Positions 13,070 through 25,799 of a stretch of DNA of 64,000 nucleotides are shown here, piece after piece. Under the pieces are notes generated by a model. That model saw nothing but the letters and a program-made list of their open reading frames with translations, made no database searches and was not told the DNA's origin. Source of the stretch: Negaprion brevirostris (taxonomy: Eukaryota); contig JARDVH010000073.1 in the NCBI GenBank assembly GCA_030324005.1, positions 80,956,377-81,020,376 of the forward strand. Reading direction: 5' to 3'. Every line of letters begins with the position of its first letter. The first letter of the stretch is position 1. Both the position numbers and the translations under genes were made by a program.

Positions 13070-13337
13070 GGCTTGGTGAAGTTGTGGCAGGGCATCTTGT
13101 AGATGGTTCACACTGCTCTTCACTGTGCATCAGTAGTGGAGGGTTTGAATGTTGATGGTGGAGGATGCGGTGCCAATCAAGTAGGCTGCTTTGTCCAAGA
13201 TGGTGTCAAACTTCGAGTGGTGTTTGATCTACACCCAAGTAGGCCTGATGAAAGGTCATCCAGACTCATTGGCTCTATTCTCTTTCCATAGATGCTGTCA
13301 GATCTGCTGAGTTTCTCCAGCATTTTCTGTTTTTGTT
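13070..13337. mobile_element. CR1-like LINE fragment (-) joined to a Penelope family B pLTR (+, 13244-13337)
   Basis: 13070-13243 is the reverse complement of the 40780-40900 family; then ctgatgaaaggtcatccagactc...gatgctgtcagatctgctgagtttctccagcattttctgttttt. Confidence 0.65.
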
Positions 13338-15196
13338 GCACTTGAGTAGAACATGAGTAACTAGGTGAAATATGGTAGACATTTTGCCATCTAGCATTCT
13401 AATCACTAGCAAAAAGCTAAGTTCAGAACCGTGCATGCAATCTGTTAGACACAAAAACTAACCAAAATCAGTGACATTAGCATGGAGAAAGAAAGGGAGT
13501 TACCAAAGGTGGAAAAGGGAAAGGAAGTGTAGATGATTATTAGGGATGTGATTGATATGGCATATGTTTTGGAAAAAAAAACACATTAAGTTATGATGAC
13601 AATCAAGACTCANNNNNNNNNNNNNNNNNNNNNNNNNNNNNNNNNNNNNNNNNNNNNNNNNNNNNNNNNNNNNNNNNNNNNNNNNNNNNNNNNNNNNNNN
13701 NNNNNNNNNNNNNNNNNNNNNNNNNNNNNNNNNNNNNNNNNNNNNNNNNNNNNNNNNNNNNNNNNTACATTTCAGCATTTGTTTCTGTGAACCTTGATAC
13801 TTTTCTGTGGGCTGGTGAGTAAGTTAGTTTATTGCTGAGATCAAACTCAACAGTTATAACATTGTAGGTGAATCTTGGTTTACAATAGGAATTCACTATG
13901 ACAAAACAGCATGTTTACCATGTGGCCCCTTTGCAGCTGTCAACTTTGCTTGCTGTGTGAAAGGATAGATTGCTCTGGAGCACCTGAAAACAATTTAGAT
14001 TTAAATTCATAAGCAATTCACCTATATATTATTTGGATTCTATAATCAGTACATGTGCACAGTATTTGCCATATTCACAGCTGAGCACAACAAATGGGAA
14101 GTGCTCTGCTTGCAAACTCACAAGCAGCAATGATGTTGTCTCCAACAAATACTGACTCTTCTAGAGGGACTTTGTTAACTGAGTGCTTTCCATTTGTAGC
14201 ATTAAGTTAGAGTTGTACTAATCATTTTAAGCAAGATGTACATTGATTGAATATAGAAATGTGAATGAATCCAAACTATAAATGTATCCCAAATAGTTCA
14301 CTTTAAATTAAATTTTATGTGGGAAGTAATGCACCATTATCAACAATAGAAAAAGCCTACTTCACACTTTAGGAAAAATAAATCTGCAACAAGATGACAA
14401 TCACACAATTTGTGAACACTGTGACCAAGGTAAAGCTTTGTATGGTTATACACCATTTATTGAGTATCTAGTTAATTTGAACATTTTATAAGCAAGAAAC
14501 GTGCAGTGTTATGAAGAGAGATACTCAAATTGAACTTGATTATATACATTTCCTTTTGCAGTATTTAAATTTAAATGACATCCGGAGAGGTGTTTGAAGG
14601 CCTTTCTTCATCTGACAAAGATTATATTCATATGCTCTTGCTAATAGCTGTTTGTATCATCTTTACCCAAATACATTTCAACCTTTTAATGTGCCTTTAT
14701 TGCATTACCGTACATGCTTAAATTGACCATCCCAAACTTCTTGATATCTGATTAATTGAAAATAAATTATGATTTTCAGGTGAAATTCTTTACTACTCCA
14801 AACTTTTTACTCTGATCTATTGCATAGTAAATTTTCCTGCATTTTCATCACCTTGGGCAAAGTGCCACAAGCACCCTTCTTCAAGTATTTCCAGGAGGAT
14901 CTTGAACATGCAACTAGATTTAGGCCAAAGCATTTTTAAGAAGAATATCATAAACAACATTATGTTATATTAGTGTAGTCTGGCTGATAAAAATGTTGTG
15001 CATGGTCAGTAAAAATAACCTCCAAAAATCCTTCAGACAAAAATAGTTTGGGAACTTGCATAACTGTTACGTATTCAACCCCTGTCAGACCGATTCAATC
15101 ACCATTGGAAAGTGGATTCCACATTTCAAACTGCAAACTCCCTTTCATGTGCAACATGCAGAAATATAAGCAGGTTATTCTTTATTTGATACTTCA

Positions 15197-17010
15197 GGAA
15201 CATAGGAACAAGATTAGGCCTTTTAATCCTTCCAACTGGTTCCAACTTCACGGAATCATGACTGATCAACCCAATTCCATATACCAGCTTTCTCTCCCAT
15301 ATGCTTTAATATATTTAGTTAACAAAATTCTATCTATTTTAATGATCTAGCACCAATTGCCATTCTAAAAACAGAGTTCCAAACTTCTACTACTATGAAT
15401 GTGAAGAAGTGTTTGCTAATTTTACTTCGGTAAATGATACTAACTCTTTAATAATGCCCCCTTATCTTAGGTACTATAGTCAACAGAAATAATTTCTCCC
15501 AGTCTACTGTCTGTTCCAGATAAACTTAAATCAAATCATTCCTTAACCTTCTAATTCCAGGGAATACAACCCAAGTTTGTTGATTAGCATTGCTGCCTCT
15601 CAGTGCTAAGGATCCAGGTTCGATTCCAGCCTTGGGTAATTGTGTGTGGAGTTTGCACATTCAGCGTCTGTGTGGGTTTCCTTTGGGTGCTCCAGTTTCC
15701 TGCTACAGTCCTGAGATGTGCAGGTTAGGTGGACTGGCCATACTAAATTGTCACTGATATATATAGGTTAGATATGTAGGTTAGTGGAGTTAAGGAGTAA
15801 GCTTGGGTCAGAGTCGATGCAGACTCAACGGACCAAATGGCCTCCTTTTGCACAGTAGAGATTTTATGATTTATGATGCTATAGTGCCCAGAGCCACTTA
15901 CAATACACTTGGTGTGATTTAACCAGGGCTTGTACATCTGAGGCATGGTTTCTACTTCCTTGTATTCTATTCCATTAGCCTTTTTGATTATTTTCTTTAC
16001 TTCTTCATGACATGTTAATGATGTGTGGAACAAGACCCAAAAGCTTTTTGGACCTCCAAACGTGTCTAACTTTCCATTATTTTGAAAGTGTCCTATTCTA
16101 TCCCTTACAGATCCTAAGTGAATGACCTCCCATGTATCTTCATTAAAATCTATTTGCCACAGTTTAATTAATTTGCATTATTAATCAATATTTTGATAAT
16201 TCATTTTTCCATCAACACCATTTATAACACCACCTAGCTTTGTCTCATTGGCAAATTTGGATATGTGGTTTTCCATCCCAGTATCCAACTCATTAATGGA
16301 CACAGTGAATAGCTGAGGCCAAAACAGATCCTTGAGGAACACCGCTAATCACATCCTGCCAATTAGCTCTAGTCGGTCCCCTTCTGCTCAGCCAATTTCT
16401 TAACTGGGACAATAATTTACATTTTATCATATGAATTAGGAGTTGGAGAAGCATTTCCAGGAGGATCTCGAGGATATAACTACATTCAGACCAATGAATC
16501 CCTCAAGACTCCTCTGCCATTCTAGAAGATTGTGAATTTTAATCTCAACTTCACATTCCTGCCTACCCCTGAGAACCTTTCATACCTCTGTTTGTCAAGA
16601 GTCTATCCACTTCAGCCTTAAAGGTTTTCAAAACTCTGCCTCAAGCACCATTTGAGGACAAGAATTCCAAAGTTTTGACCCTCAGAAAAAAAATTTCCTT
16701 ACCTCAAATGGACAATCCCAAATTTTTTAAACAGTGGCGCCTGGTTCTAGATTCACCCACAAGAGGAAACATTTTTTTCACAACCATCCTGTCAAGTCCC
16801 CTCAGTCTTGTATGTTTCAATTAACTCTCCTCTTACCCTTCTAAATTCCTGTGGGGTTTCAATTGTACGAGCCTTCTGAAAGCCCAGCTAAATAATATCC
16901 ATAGATTCACCTGTCCTCCACTTGACTCACTAGCTCAAAATTTTGATCAGGTTCATCAGGCATGACCTAGACTTTACAAATTTGTGTTGGCTCTCTTTGA
17001 TCAGCAGAAA
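15197..17010 (-). mobile_element. Old CR1 LINE remnant with a nested HE1 SINE and a second CR1 3' piece (about 16480-16850)
   Basis: Tail gaacataggaaca; antisense RT motifs (GVPQGS at gatccttgaggaacacc; KFA..TK at tttgtctcattggcaaattt). Confidence 0.7.
15581..15876 (+). mobile_element. HE1-type V-SINE
   Basis: ttagcattgctgcctctcagtgc...ggttcgattcc...gtggagtttgcaca...tagagattttatgatt. Confidence 0.9.
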
Positions 17011-17466
17011 AGTATTTGTTTAGTCTACACATTGTTTGAATCATGAATGCATCAGGCAAAGAAACGATTAATATAAAATCAGAATCACTGAAAGACACAG
17101 TGACTGAATAAGCTAACTTACACTTCTCTTAAATGCAGTACTTTTACTGGTATTTGAGTAACACCAAGCTCTGCTCACCCCTCTCTGGATCCTTGCTGAC
17201 TTATTTTGGCCCTGTATTCCCCAATTCAAAATTCACTTATTTCCATGTTTAAAAACCTTCACAGTTTCATACTTCTCTATCTCTGCAACACTCTGTTCAT
17301 TCATCACACTCTTGTCTTTCATTCACAGTCTCTCTATGGCACACCACTGTTGGCTCTGCATTCATTCAAGTGGATCATGTTGGAATTATACATGAATTTT
17401 ATTGCTAAGGTGAATATGAAGAGAAATGCGTCTGTTTACTTCTGTATTTAGATTCTCGCTGCTTTT

Positions 17467-19138
17467 ACTCTTGAGGCCTTCCATATCCAGAGGGCACCAT
17501 TGAGGCGTGAATACTTCCTCAGTCCCCAAAATGACATTTTCATTTAACGTGGCAAGGTTCCTCTAAATTTTCTTCTTTGTCACAGTGCCCTTTAAAAAGT
17601 TGTCAATTTGTTTAAATTAGTTAATTTGATTAAATGTTTTAGTTCATAGGCACTTAAAAGAGCATAGAGACATGTGCCCCTTTAAGGGGCTGTCACTTTA
17701 ATTTGTTTATTATTTTTGTCCTTCCAATCTCTTAATCAAAAGTGACTAGAGACCCACACAGCCATGGAAAGCCCATGTTCCATGCTTATGTCGAGAGCAC
17801 AAGGTTGCAGCTCTTTTTTGATTCTTTTGAAGAGGGTACTCCTGATCTTTTGGCTGCACTTCAGCCCCATTCTCCTATTTTTGATTACCCAGTACAGAAG
17901 TGGGTGGGATGGAAGGATGACCTCCTTATTAGCTTACTCCCAGGCCTGGCCAAAATGGCTATCAACAGGTCCAGCAGTTGGAGGGCTTCATCTGGACTGA
18001 TTTTCAGCTCCTCTTCCATGGCCATGCTTATGCCCAGGTGTCCCTGAAGAGGATCATGCAGTGTCCACTGCCATACCAGAAGGCCTTCTGTGATCAATGG
18101 AGGCTGGAGTGTTTCATTAGCCCCAAAACAGTATTTTGGTTTAATACGTTTCCTTTAAATCTTTGTGCTTCTGTTGCAGTACCTCTTTAAAGGGACTATT
18201 CCTTTGTTTAAATTGTTAATTTGGCCATTTGTTTAATTCAAAAACATATAAAGGGACAGGTGCAGCCTTGAGAAGTCCATGTTCCACGTCACTGTAGAAC
18301 ATGAGAGTTTGTCATCCCTTTTGAATTATTTTAGGGGCTGCTACTGAAGTTTTAACTGCAATAGTTTCCTTGAACAGTGTGTGTTGGAGCCGACGAGGGA
18401 GCGAGCTATCTTGGATCTGGCGTTGTGTAATGAGGCGGGTAGAATTAGGGACCTTGTGGTGAAGGATCCTCTTGGGGAGAGTGATCATTGTATGGTGGNN
18501 NNNNNNNNNNNNNNNNNNNNNNNNNNNNNNNNNNNNNNNNNNNNNNNNNNNNNNNNNNNNNNNNNNNNNNNNNNNNNNNNNNNNNNNNNNNNNNNNNNAT
18601 TAAGGGTTATGGGGAGAGGGCGGGAATGTGGAACTGAGCCACGACAGATCAGCCATGATCTTATTGAATGCCGGGGCAGGCTCGAAGGGCTAGATGGCCT
18701 ACTCCTGCTCCTATTTCTTATGTTCTTATGTTAATTCAGCCCCATGATCCTGATCTTTGGCTAACCAGTATGGAGTAGGGCCGACAGGGAGGGGAAACTT
18801 GTTAGCCTGGGCCTGAGCAAAATGGCCGTTAACAGGGCCAGACAGTGCGCAGCTCAGCGGCTCTCTGGCCTGACTGTGTGCCTTTTTCGTGGTTACGTTC
18901 ACACCCAGCTGTCCCTGGAGAGGAAGTACATGGGTTCCACTGGCATGCTTGAGGCCTTCAACAACCAGTGAGCACCATGGGGGTTGGAATGCATCACTAG
19001 CCTTTAAAACAAGATTTCTAATTAGATATTGTTCCTTTGAAGTTGTTGTTTCTGTTACAGTCTCTTTAAGGATGGTGAATTTGTTTAATTTTATTGTTTA
19101 ATTGGTCAATGATATTATTTTGCTGACAACCAAAAGAG
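17467..19138 (+). mobile_element. Head-to-tail array of four 5'-truncated Tx1-clade LINE 3' ends (about 17467-17662, 17673-17742, 17760-18245, 18262-19138)
   Basis: MFHAYVESTRLQ..FWLHFSP.LL..DDLLISLLPGLAKMAINRS is a Tx1 ORF2 C-terminus and occurs in two copies; gaggccttc (EAF) occurs three times; AT-rich 3' UTRs end in A-rich termini (aaaag in three copies). Confidence 0.75.
18361..18732 (+). mobile_element. Young CR1 LINE (end of endonuclease domain to 3' tail; middle in N gap) inserted in Tx1 copy 4
   Basis: SFLEQCVLEPTRERAILDLALCNE...PLGESDH is the APE C-terminus; 3' UTR ggcctactcctgctcctatt and (ttcttatg)n tail; Tx1 sequence ctgcaat|tcagcccc resumes after it. Confidence 0.9.
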
Positions 19139-20419
19139 TGTAAAGAGACATTGCTGAGACACTTTGGCTATGGCTAGAATGCAGATATATGTAATGTTGC
19201 ACTCTGTAAATAAACTATTGTTCAGGAAAGAATTAGTGTTTACTTTCATACTTCACCATCTGCTTGGGATCTTGTTAGTATCTTGTGTTTCATTATTCAC
19301 TCTTGAAAGCCCATTTGCCTCTGAACTCCTTCATCTCTTTAAAACTATCTTCTAAATTAAGCTGTTGAGCATGCTTTCCATTAATTCCATGTTTGACTAG
19401 ATGTACACTTTTTGATTATGCCTCTGGGAATCACTTTAGGGGTTTTTTCTAAATTAAATACGGAATATAAATGCAGAATGTTTTCCTAAATTGAATGTAA
19501 GCTGTTACATGCGTTTTCTAATTTCATATGTTTTTCAATGCAAAGGCAAATCAGTAGCCTTGAACATTATTCAATGCATGACCTTTCGAGCAAATATAAT
19601 TATTGCATAGACATCAGTCCATTTCATTTACATAATTAAACTTTATTATTAACCTTTCCTACTCATTGCTTGAAGCAAACCAAAGATCAAAAATCATCCT
19701 TAATTCTCATTCAAGATCAATTGTAGTCAAACTAATTTTCTTGATTCCTCTCAAACTGCAATGCTGACTCATTTTCAGTTGCATGCACAAACAGCGATCC
19801 AGTACATTGTGCATATAGCTATTCTCCAATGGCTAGCTAACATGATCAATGCTGACAAGCTCATCAACTGTAAGAGGCCAATCTTGTCTAGATAAGCTGT
19901 GTAGTGTTATCATCCTGTTCGACACTGTAACGTTTAAAGAATAAATCCAAACACCCAGCAATTAACTAACAGAGCTATAATCACAAGATTTTGCATTTTC
20001 AAACAAAAACAGACGTGTGTGCGTAAAATGAAATTAATCAAGGCAAGCACCATTAATGCAGAACTATAGCTTATAAAAACTTGTGCTCTGAACTCAATTT
20101 CACTTTTTACTTCTACCCACAAGTTCCCTCGCCGCACTAAATCTTAAAGGTTCATTCATTTTCCATGGAACCAACCCAAAAGGTACATCTCAGCTCTCCA
20201 GAATTTGCTTTACTTCTCCTTTGTATTCCAGCTATTCCTCTGGGATCCTTTCATTAGCATTTGACTAAGCAATCCTGCAACTTTCCTTTACATCACACAA
20301 TTCTGGATTCCAGAGCTCTAACTTGAGCCTCCCTCCTGTGCAGTGATTTAAAACATCACAAAACAACTTTGGTTTTCAACAGACCCAACTATGATTTTCA
20401 ACCAAGCTGATTACTTCCT

Positions 20420-20830
20420 GAGCTGTTTCATCTTGCTCGGTGTGTCAAGTCCTTATTAGAGAGTTAGTTGTTCTATGCTGATGCGGCCACACGTTAACAT
20501 TCCATCCTGAGCAGCAAATGGACTGACCCTTTCATGTCTGTTAAGATTTTGGCTTGACCATCAGAATCAGGAAGGTAAATGTACTGGTCCAGAATGTTGC
20601 TATTCTGCCATCTATCAGCATTGACATTATGACGCTGGGGGTTGTTGATTGCTTCACATACCTAGGTTCCAACATCACAAGCTTGTCACTCTTTGCTGAA
20701 ATCAACACATATGCATTACAGAACCTGCAGTCTCTGTCAACGTTGAGCAACAGTGTGGAACAACAGCAAACTGACTGAGAACACAAAGTTATCAGTCTAC
20801 CAAGTCTACTTCCTCAGTGCATTTCTCTGG
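20420..20830 (+). mobile_element. RTE-clade LINE RT remnant
   Basis: LIRE..YADA, FGLTIRIRKVNVL and VVDCFTYLGSNI motifs. Confidence 0.75.
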
Positions 20831-21336
20831 GAGATTTGGAGTCTTGGAAGTGCATAATTGCTTTTAGTTCTTTTTATTCATTTTCTTCAGCTGAGTGTTG
20901 AAAACTGCTCCTCACTGGTGTTAAATTAGTTGATACAATGGGTAGGAGTCAGGATGTAAAAATTAATCAATAGCTAAACAGGGGTGGAGGTGTAGATGAT
21001 AACCAAGATTCTTATTCAGGAGACACCTTCTAAAAAATATGTAATGTGAACTTCTGTTGACAGCAGAATTGGGCTTATCTGTAATGTCTTAATTTACCTT
21101 AAAATTAACAAGCATTTCATAGCCAACCACTGACTTTCATATTTAAATATTAATAATAAGGAGGATGGTTAATGCTTTGGGAGAGGCAAAGCGTGAGAAA
21201 GGTTTATGGAGGGAAAGTATGGAATTCTGAAGCATCAAAAGGGGACAAAAATAAAATCCAATTGACTGATTAGATTAGAATACTAAATATTGGCCTTCAA
21301 CTTATATTTTTCACAAGGGAATGGACTTCTCCCAAC

Positions 21337-22312
21337 TGTCATGATGATGGATCTAAACACCAAATTATTTACAAACATATTGAACTTTCAAAACTAAAAA
21401 TGGATATACAAGTCAAAGATGGCTGAGAATGTAAATTCATTGACTATCTGAATTGCTCTGGTGTGGATTATACTAAGACCTGAGGAACAATGGAAAGTTT
21501 CCAGATAAGGACATATCAAAACAGGAAGTAAACGACTGTAATCACCTGTAGAGATAATGGAAGCTGATTATAACCTCAGCTGACATCATATCCCGTAAGT
21601 TATGTCTCAGATCTGGGCTCTCCCCTTCCAGGAATGCACAACAGCTGGGATATAAAGCCAGCTGTTTACCTGACCAGTGTGGACTGGTTCTGGGTGTGTC
21701 AGAGAGCATACCGTAAAACAAGGAAAGACAGCAGAAGTCTCCCCTGCTCTCTTCAATTGTTGGAAGCAAGTCAAGTCAGTAAAGCAGAGCAGCTCCTCTC
21801 ACCTGAACTACGGAACCCTGAAACTAACTGTTCAACTGCTAAACTCAGCGCCACTGTAATCACAAATCCATAAGAGCTGCAACACTTCCCCACCTACTCT
21901 TCACATTCAAGTCGAAGACAGATTTGTATATCTTCTTTTAAAAACATTTAATTTTACTCACTCATTTCTAATCTGTGTGAATCTATGTTGCATTTTATTA
22001 TGTTCTCACATTTTAGTTTCTAATAAACTCACTTGTTTAACTCAAGGAAGCCAGGTTAAATTGGTTCCTTTAAAAACATAAATATATTGGGACTGGGGAA
22101 AGGTATCCACAAGGAAAGGGATCTTTTAAAATTAATCTTGCTGGGAGTTGAATAAAGGAAAGGAGACAGTTCATCGCCCTCACAGGGGGACACAAAATCT
22201 TAGGGTATCCCATCCAGAATTTAATCCATTGGGGCTCCTGCTGAGACAGCTCTCACAGAGGAGCTGGAGGGTAACACCTTTTGGGGGTGTCGCCTGGAGA
22301 CCAGTTATAACA
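21337..22312 (+). mobile_element. Solo LTR, 976 bp
   Basis: TGTCATGA...TTATAACA termini (6/8 inverted match), 4-bp TSD CAAC (21333-21336, 22313-22316), TATA-like GATATAAA near 21650, AATAAA at 22022. Confidence 0.6.
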
Positions 22313-23914
22313 CAACTCGAGCATAATGTGTGTGATGCCAAATACATTGCCACTTCAAAGAATCTTCGCAAGACGCAAAACAATAACCTAAACCACATTC
22401 CCAATTTAAAGTGAATACTTCATTCTCAGAACTTTTTTGCTGCTGTGTTTTCATTTTGTGTTCAATGAATAAGCTGCATTATGTGCTGTAGTGATGTTAC
22501 AGAGAATAATTTGCCTCAACAATCCCAGCCTTATTCAGGACTTGTGGTTGAGGCAAAAGGAAGGATCTCATATCTGCAATTTATTGTTAAGCCTCTGAAA
22601 GATAAAAGATCAATTGAATGTTTACAGGTCGCTATTGAGAAAAATCAATTGCTAGCAAATGCTTGATAAAAGGGACATAACAGATGAATGGCTTAGATTT
22701 CTCCTGCCTCTGGCACATGCAACTATAGCACAGTTTGGATTCATCAACAGTCATTGGCATTTTCAGATTTACCGTACATATTGACTGACGAAACAAAGTG
22801 CATTAATTTTATGCCAGTATGTCATGCAGGCTACATTTGCTATGTTTTTGCATGAAACATCCTCATCATCTTATGCACAGATACAAGGGTGTCAGTCCAG
22901 TCACGTAAAAAAAGGTCAACAACTTGTAGAAATCTCACTACCCTGGCACTAAGTGAAGGTGACTTCTTGGGAAGTGTCTAATTCAAATATCTTTCAAAAT
23001 CAATGAAAGCCATTACACCAGTTAATCCTTATGAAATAAAAAAAACCACTGGCTTTTCCAGTTAATTCTTTATGGTCATCATTGACTGTATTACACATAG
23101 AGAGAAAAAGTGAAAACACTGCTACATCATAACCATAACCTGCATATCATTGCTAGAATGCATTTGTAAAGAAGAAATTGGTCACTAAACAAACAAAAAA
23201 ATACATTTCCCCATGGTCCAACAGATGAAGACAATTGAAGTGGTACAAAGACAGACAGATCTGGAAGGGTGTAATTTTGATGCTGATTTAAGGCACCCAG
23301 ATATGCACTGGAGTAAAATACACTTGTTAATATGCACTAACAAATCTCAAGGCCTTGTTCATAGTTAGTCAATGTATGCAAATACACAAATAAGAGATTG
23401 TGCCGCAGAGAAAATGTTTTGTTAAATGGACGTTTTGCCTCTTGAGTCTTCAGCAATCAGCGAGGCAGGTAATCAAGTATAAAATGTACAATAAAATTAC
23501 ACCAAGGTATAGTGGAACTTTTGCTACATTTGTTTAAGCAGTTTTTTTGTGTATTATTGACTGCTGCCGCAATTGATTGAAGATTATCAACGTAGCTGGA
23601 GCAAGCATGTCCAAGACACTCGGCGAATCTTACATTCTTGCGTGTCCCTCCCCTCCAACTTTAGAAAATGAACATTGTACATTAGTATGAATTTAAATGC
23701 TGCATTTCTTCAATTTATTTAAATGAAAAGGGGGAATGTGATATTGATTACACATGCTCGTTCTTCTACACTTTTTACAGGATAAGGAAATGAACATTGT
23801 GTACTATGGCTCATGATATAATATTGTGTTCTTGCAATAATCAGATGATTTTATGCACAATTTACAATCAATAATAATTACAGAGTGGGTTAGATTAAAC
23901 TACATTTTGATATT

Positions 23915-24048
23915 GGGTGGAATTTTCTGGCTGTTCACCCTGGAGGAGTTTTCTGGTCCCACTGCAGTGAGGAGATTTGGCTGAGTGCCAAATTCTCTGT
24001 CCTGGCTTGCAGCAGTGGTGGGGCGTAAATGGGCAGGAAATTCCAGAC
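23915..24048. mobile_element. PIF/Harbinger-like MITE
   Basis: Terminal inverted repeats (TIRs) GGGTGGAATTT / AAATTCCAGAC; 3-bp TSD ATT. Confidence 0.65.
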
Positions 24049-24687
24049 ATTATTTATTGGTTCTCAGTTTTGGAGTAGTCATATAGATCAACAAATTTAT
24101 AAAACTGTTGCATAAACAGAGTGAGAAATCCATGAAGTTTTGGGAAAGATTGCAATGTAAATACATTGAAATCTATATGTATTTCAGTATATGTGGATGC
24201 ATATCAGTAGATCGATACCTTCCCATAACTGAAGCCTATTTGTTTACTTTAGTTTCATGAATGGTTCATTCAGTTTTCACTGCCCCCACCACCACTGCCC
24301 AAAATGTTGCTGCTCTAGGAAACTCTCGCATGGTAGTTCCAAGTGTGTTTGTTGTTTGTCTTTCATTTGTGGGAAATAGTGAAAACAAACAAAATTGTGA
24401 ATTCCTAGAAAATTGAGAGAGAAGAAAGGTAAGTGGTTGGACTGAAAGAGAAAGCAGAATAGGGATTACATGCAGGCAAAATGAAGGGAGCTGATGATAA
24501 AGAGCAAGTAAGCAAAATCAGCAGACACTTTGATAGTATGGTGCTGATGGTTGGCTGGAAGTAAGACTAAGGGCACATTTGAAAGGGGTGGGCTTTGGTC
24601 AATTTAATGGGTTCAGGGTGTGGCTGCAGTTGCTAGCTATTTGTCTTGTGACAAGTCAACATGCCCAGATGGTAGGCAAGATTAGAT

Positions 24688-25023
24688 GGGTGGCACGGTA
24701 GCACAGTGGTTAGCACTGCTGCTTCACAGCTCCAGGGACCTGGGTTCAATTCCTGGCTTGGGNNNNNNNNNNNNNNNNNCTGTGTGGAGTTTGCACATTC
24801 TCCTCATGTCTGCGTGGGTTTCCTCCAGGTGCTCCGGTTTCCTCCCACAGTCCAAAAATGTGCGGGTTAGGTTGATTGGCCGTGCTAAAATTGCCCTTAG
24901 TGTCCTGAGATGTACAGGTTAGAGAGATTTGTGAGTAAATATGTAGGGATATAAGGCTAGGACCTGGGTGGGATTGTGGTCAGTGCAAACTGAATGGCCT
25001 GTTTCTGTACTGTAGGGATTCTA
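24688..25023 (+). mobile_element. Full-length HE1-type V-SINE
   Basis: gggtggcacggtagcacagtggttagcactgctgc, B-box gggttcaattcc, V-domain, tail ctgtagggattcta. Confidence 0.93.
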
Positions 25024-25799
25024 AGTCTTTTAAGTCATGAGATGTAAGTTGTGGAGGTAATGGCTGAGGGGTGGGGTATGGCGCAAAAAAGTCTGCAGGG
25101 GAAAAGGGAGATACCAATGGTTGCACTAAACACCTGAAAGCAGTCAGGGGAAAAGGAAAAACAATAAGTTCAGTACTTTTTAAAAGTATGTTTATTGAAC
25201 AAGTTTTTGACCATATAATTTATGAAAGAGATATTGTGGACTTGGTAACATAGATTAAAATCTAAAAAAGGATCAAACTCAAAATAAACAAAGCATATAT
25301 CTATGCTGGAAATCCACAAAATCAAAGCACATGGACTGAAGCTGCATGACAAAGAGGCATAAAGAAGTTCTGAATGGTGCTAATGACATGGCACAAACTC
25401 TTAACAATAGCTACATTACAAAGTTGTACACACAAATATTGAAACCATACCAAACAGAGTAATCTACAGCTCATTTCAAACATTCACAGAGCAGTCGATG
25501 CACATGAGATTTTGAGCTGTGCTTGATATGACTAGGTAACTAGGTCATACCCTCAGGAAAAGTTGCAGCTTGAGCTAGTGGTAGAAAGCCAGTTCAACTA
25601 AATTAGGAAGAAAACTGATCACATCGGGAATTGTCACTGTAAATGTTTCCATTGACAGTGTTTGAGGTTTCCAACTAAGAAAAAACTTACTGATTGCATT
25701 AACAATTCAAAAATAATTAAACGGAGAAATTCATTCATGTTGTGAAATATTTTTAAATATTTTTGTAGATTGCAAATTGCAGCTCTTGGGGAAAAACTA

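Larger units (their letters stand above)
17378..19280 (+). mobile_element. LTR-like segment (17378-17466 plus 19139-19280) hosting the Tx1 array
   Basis: Starts TGTTGG; AATAAA near 19208 followed by a U5-like stretch; no TSD found. Confidence 0.4.
17165..19485 (+). mobile_element. L2 LINE 3' end split into 17165-17377 and about 19280-19485 by nested insertions
   Basis: Left half cacccc...tgctgac...aaaattc...ctatctctgcaac; right half ctttaaaac...gctgttgagcatgc...tataaatgcag; same layout as the L2 end at 48910-49443. Confidence 0.55.

Noticed and set aside
11556-13896. ORFs dominated by X residues
   Set aside because: Artifacts of N gaps
14545-14600. Plus-strand acceptor followed by YLNLNDIRRGV*
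   Set aside because: No recognisable homolog and no compatible upstream exon; the 13776-13814 candidate would join in a different frame
24688-24760. tRNA-like A and B boxes
   Set aside because: SINE heads, not tRNA genes; they continue into the V-domain
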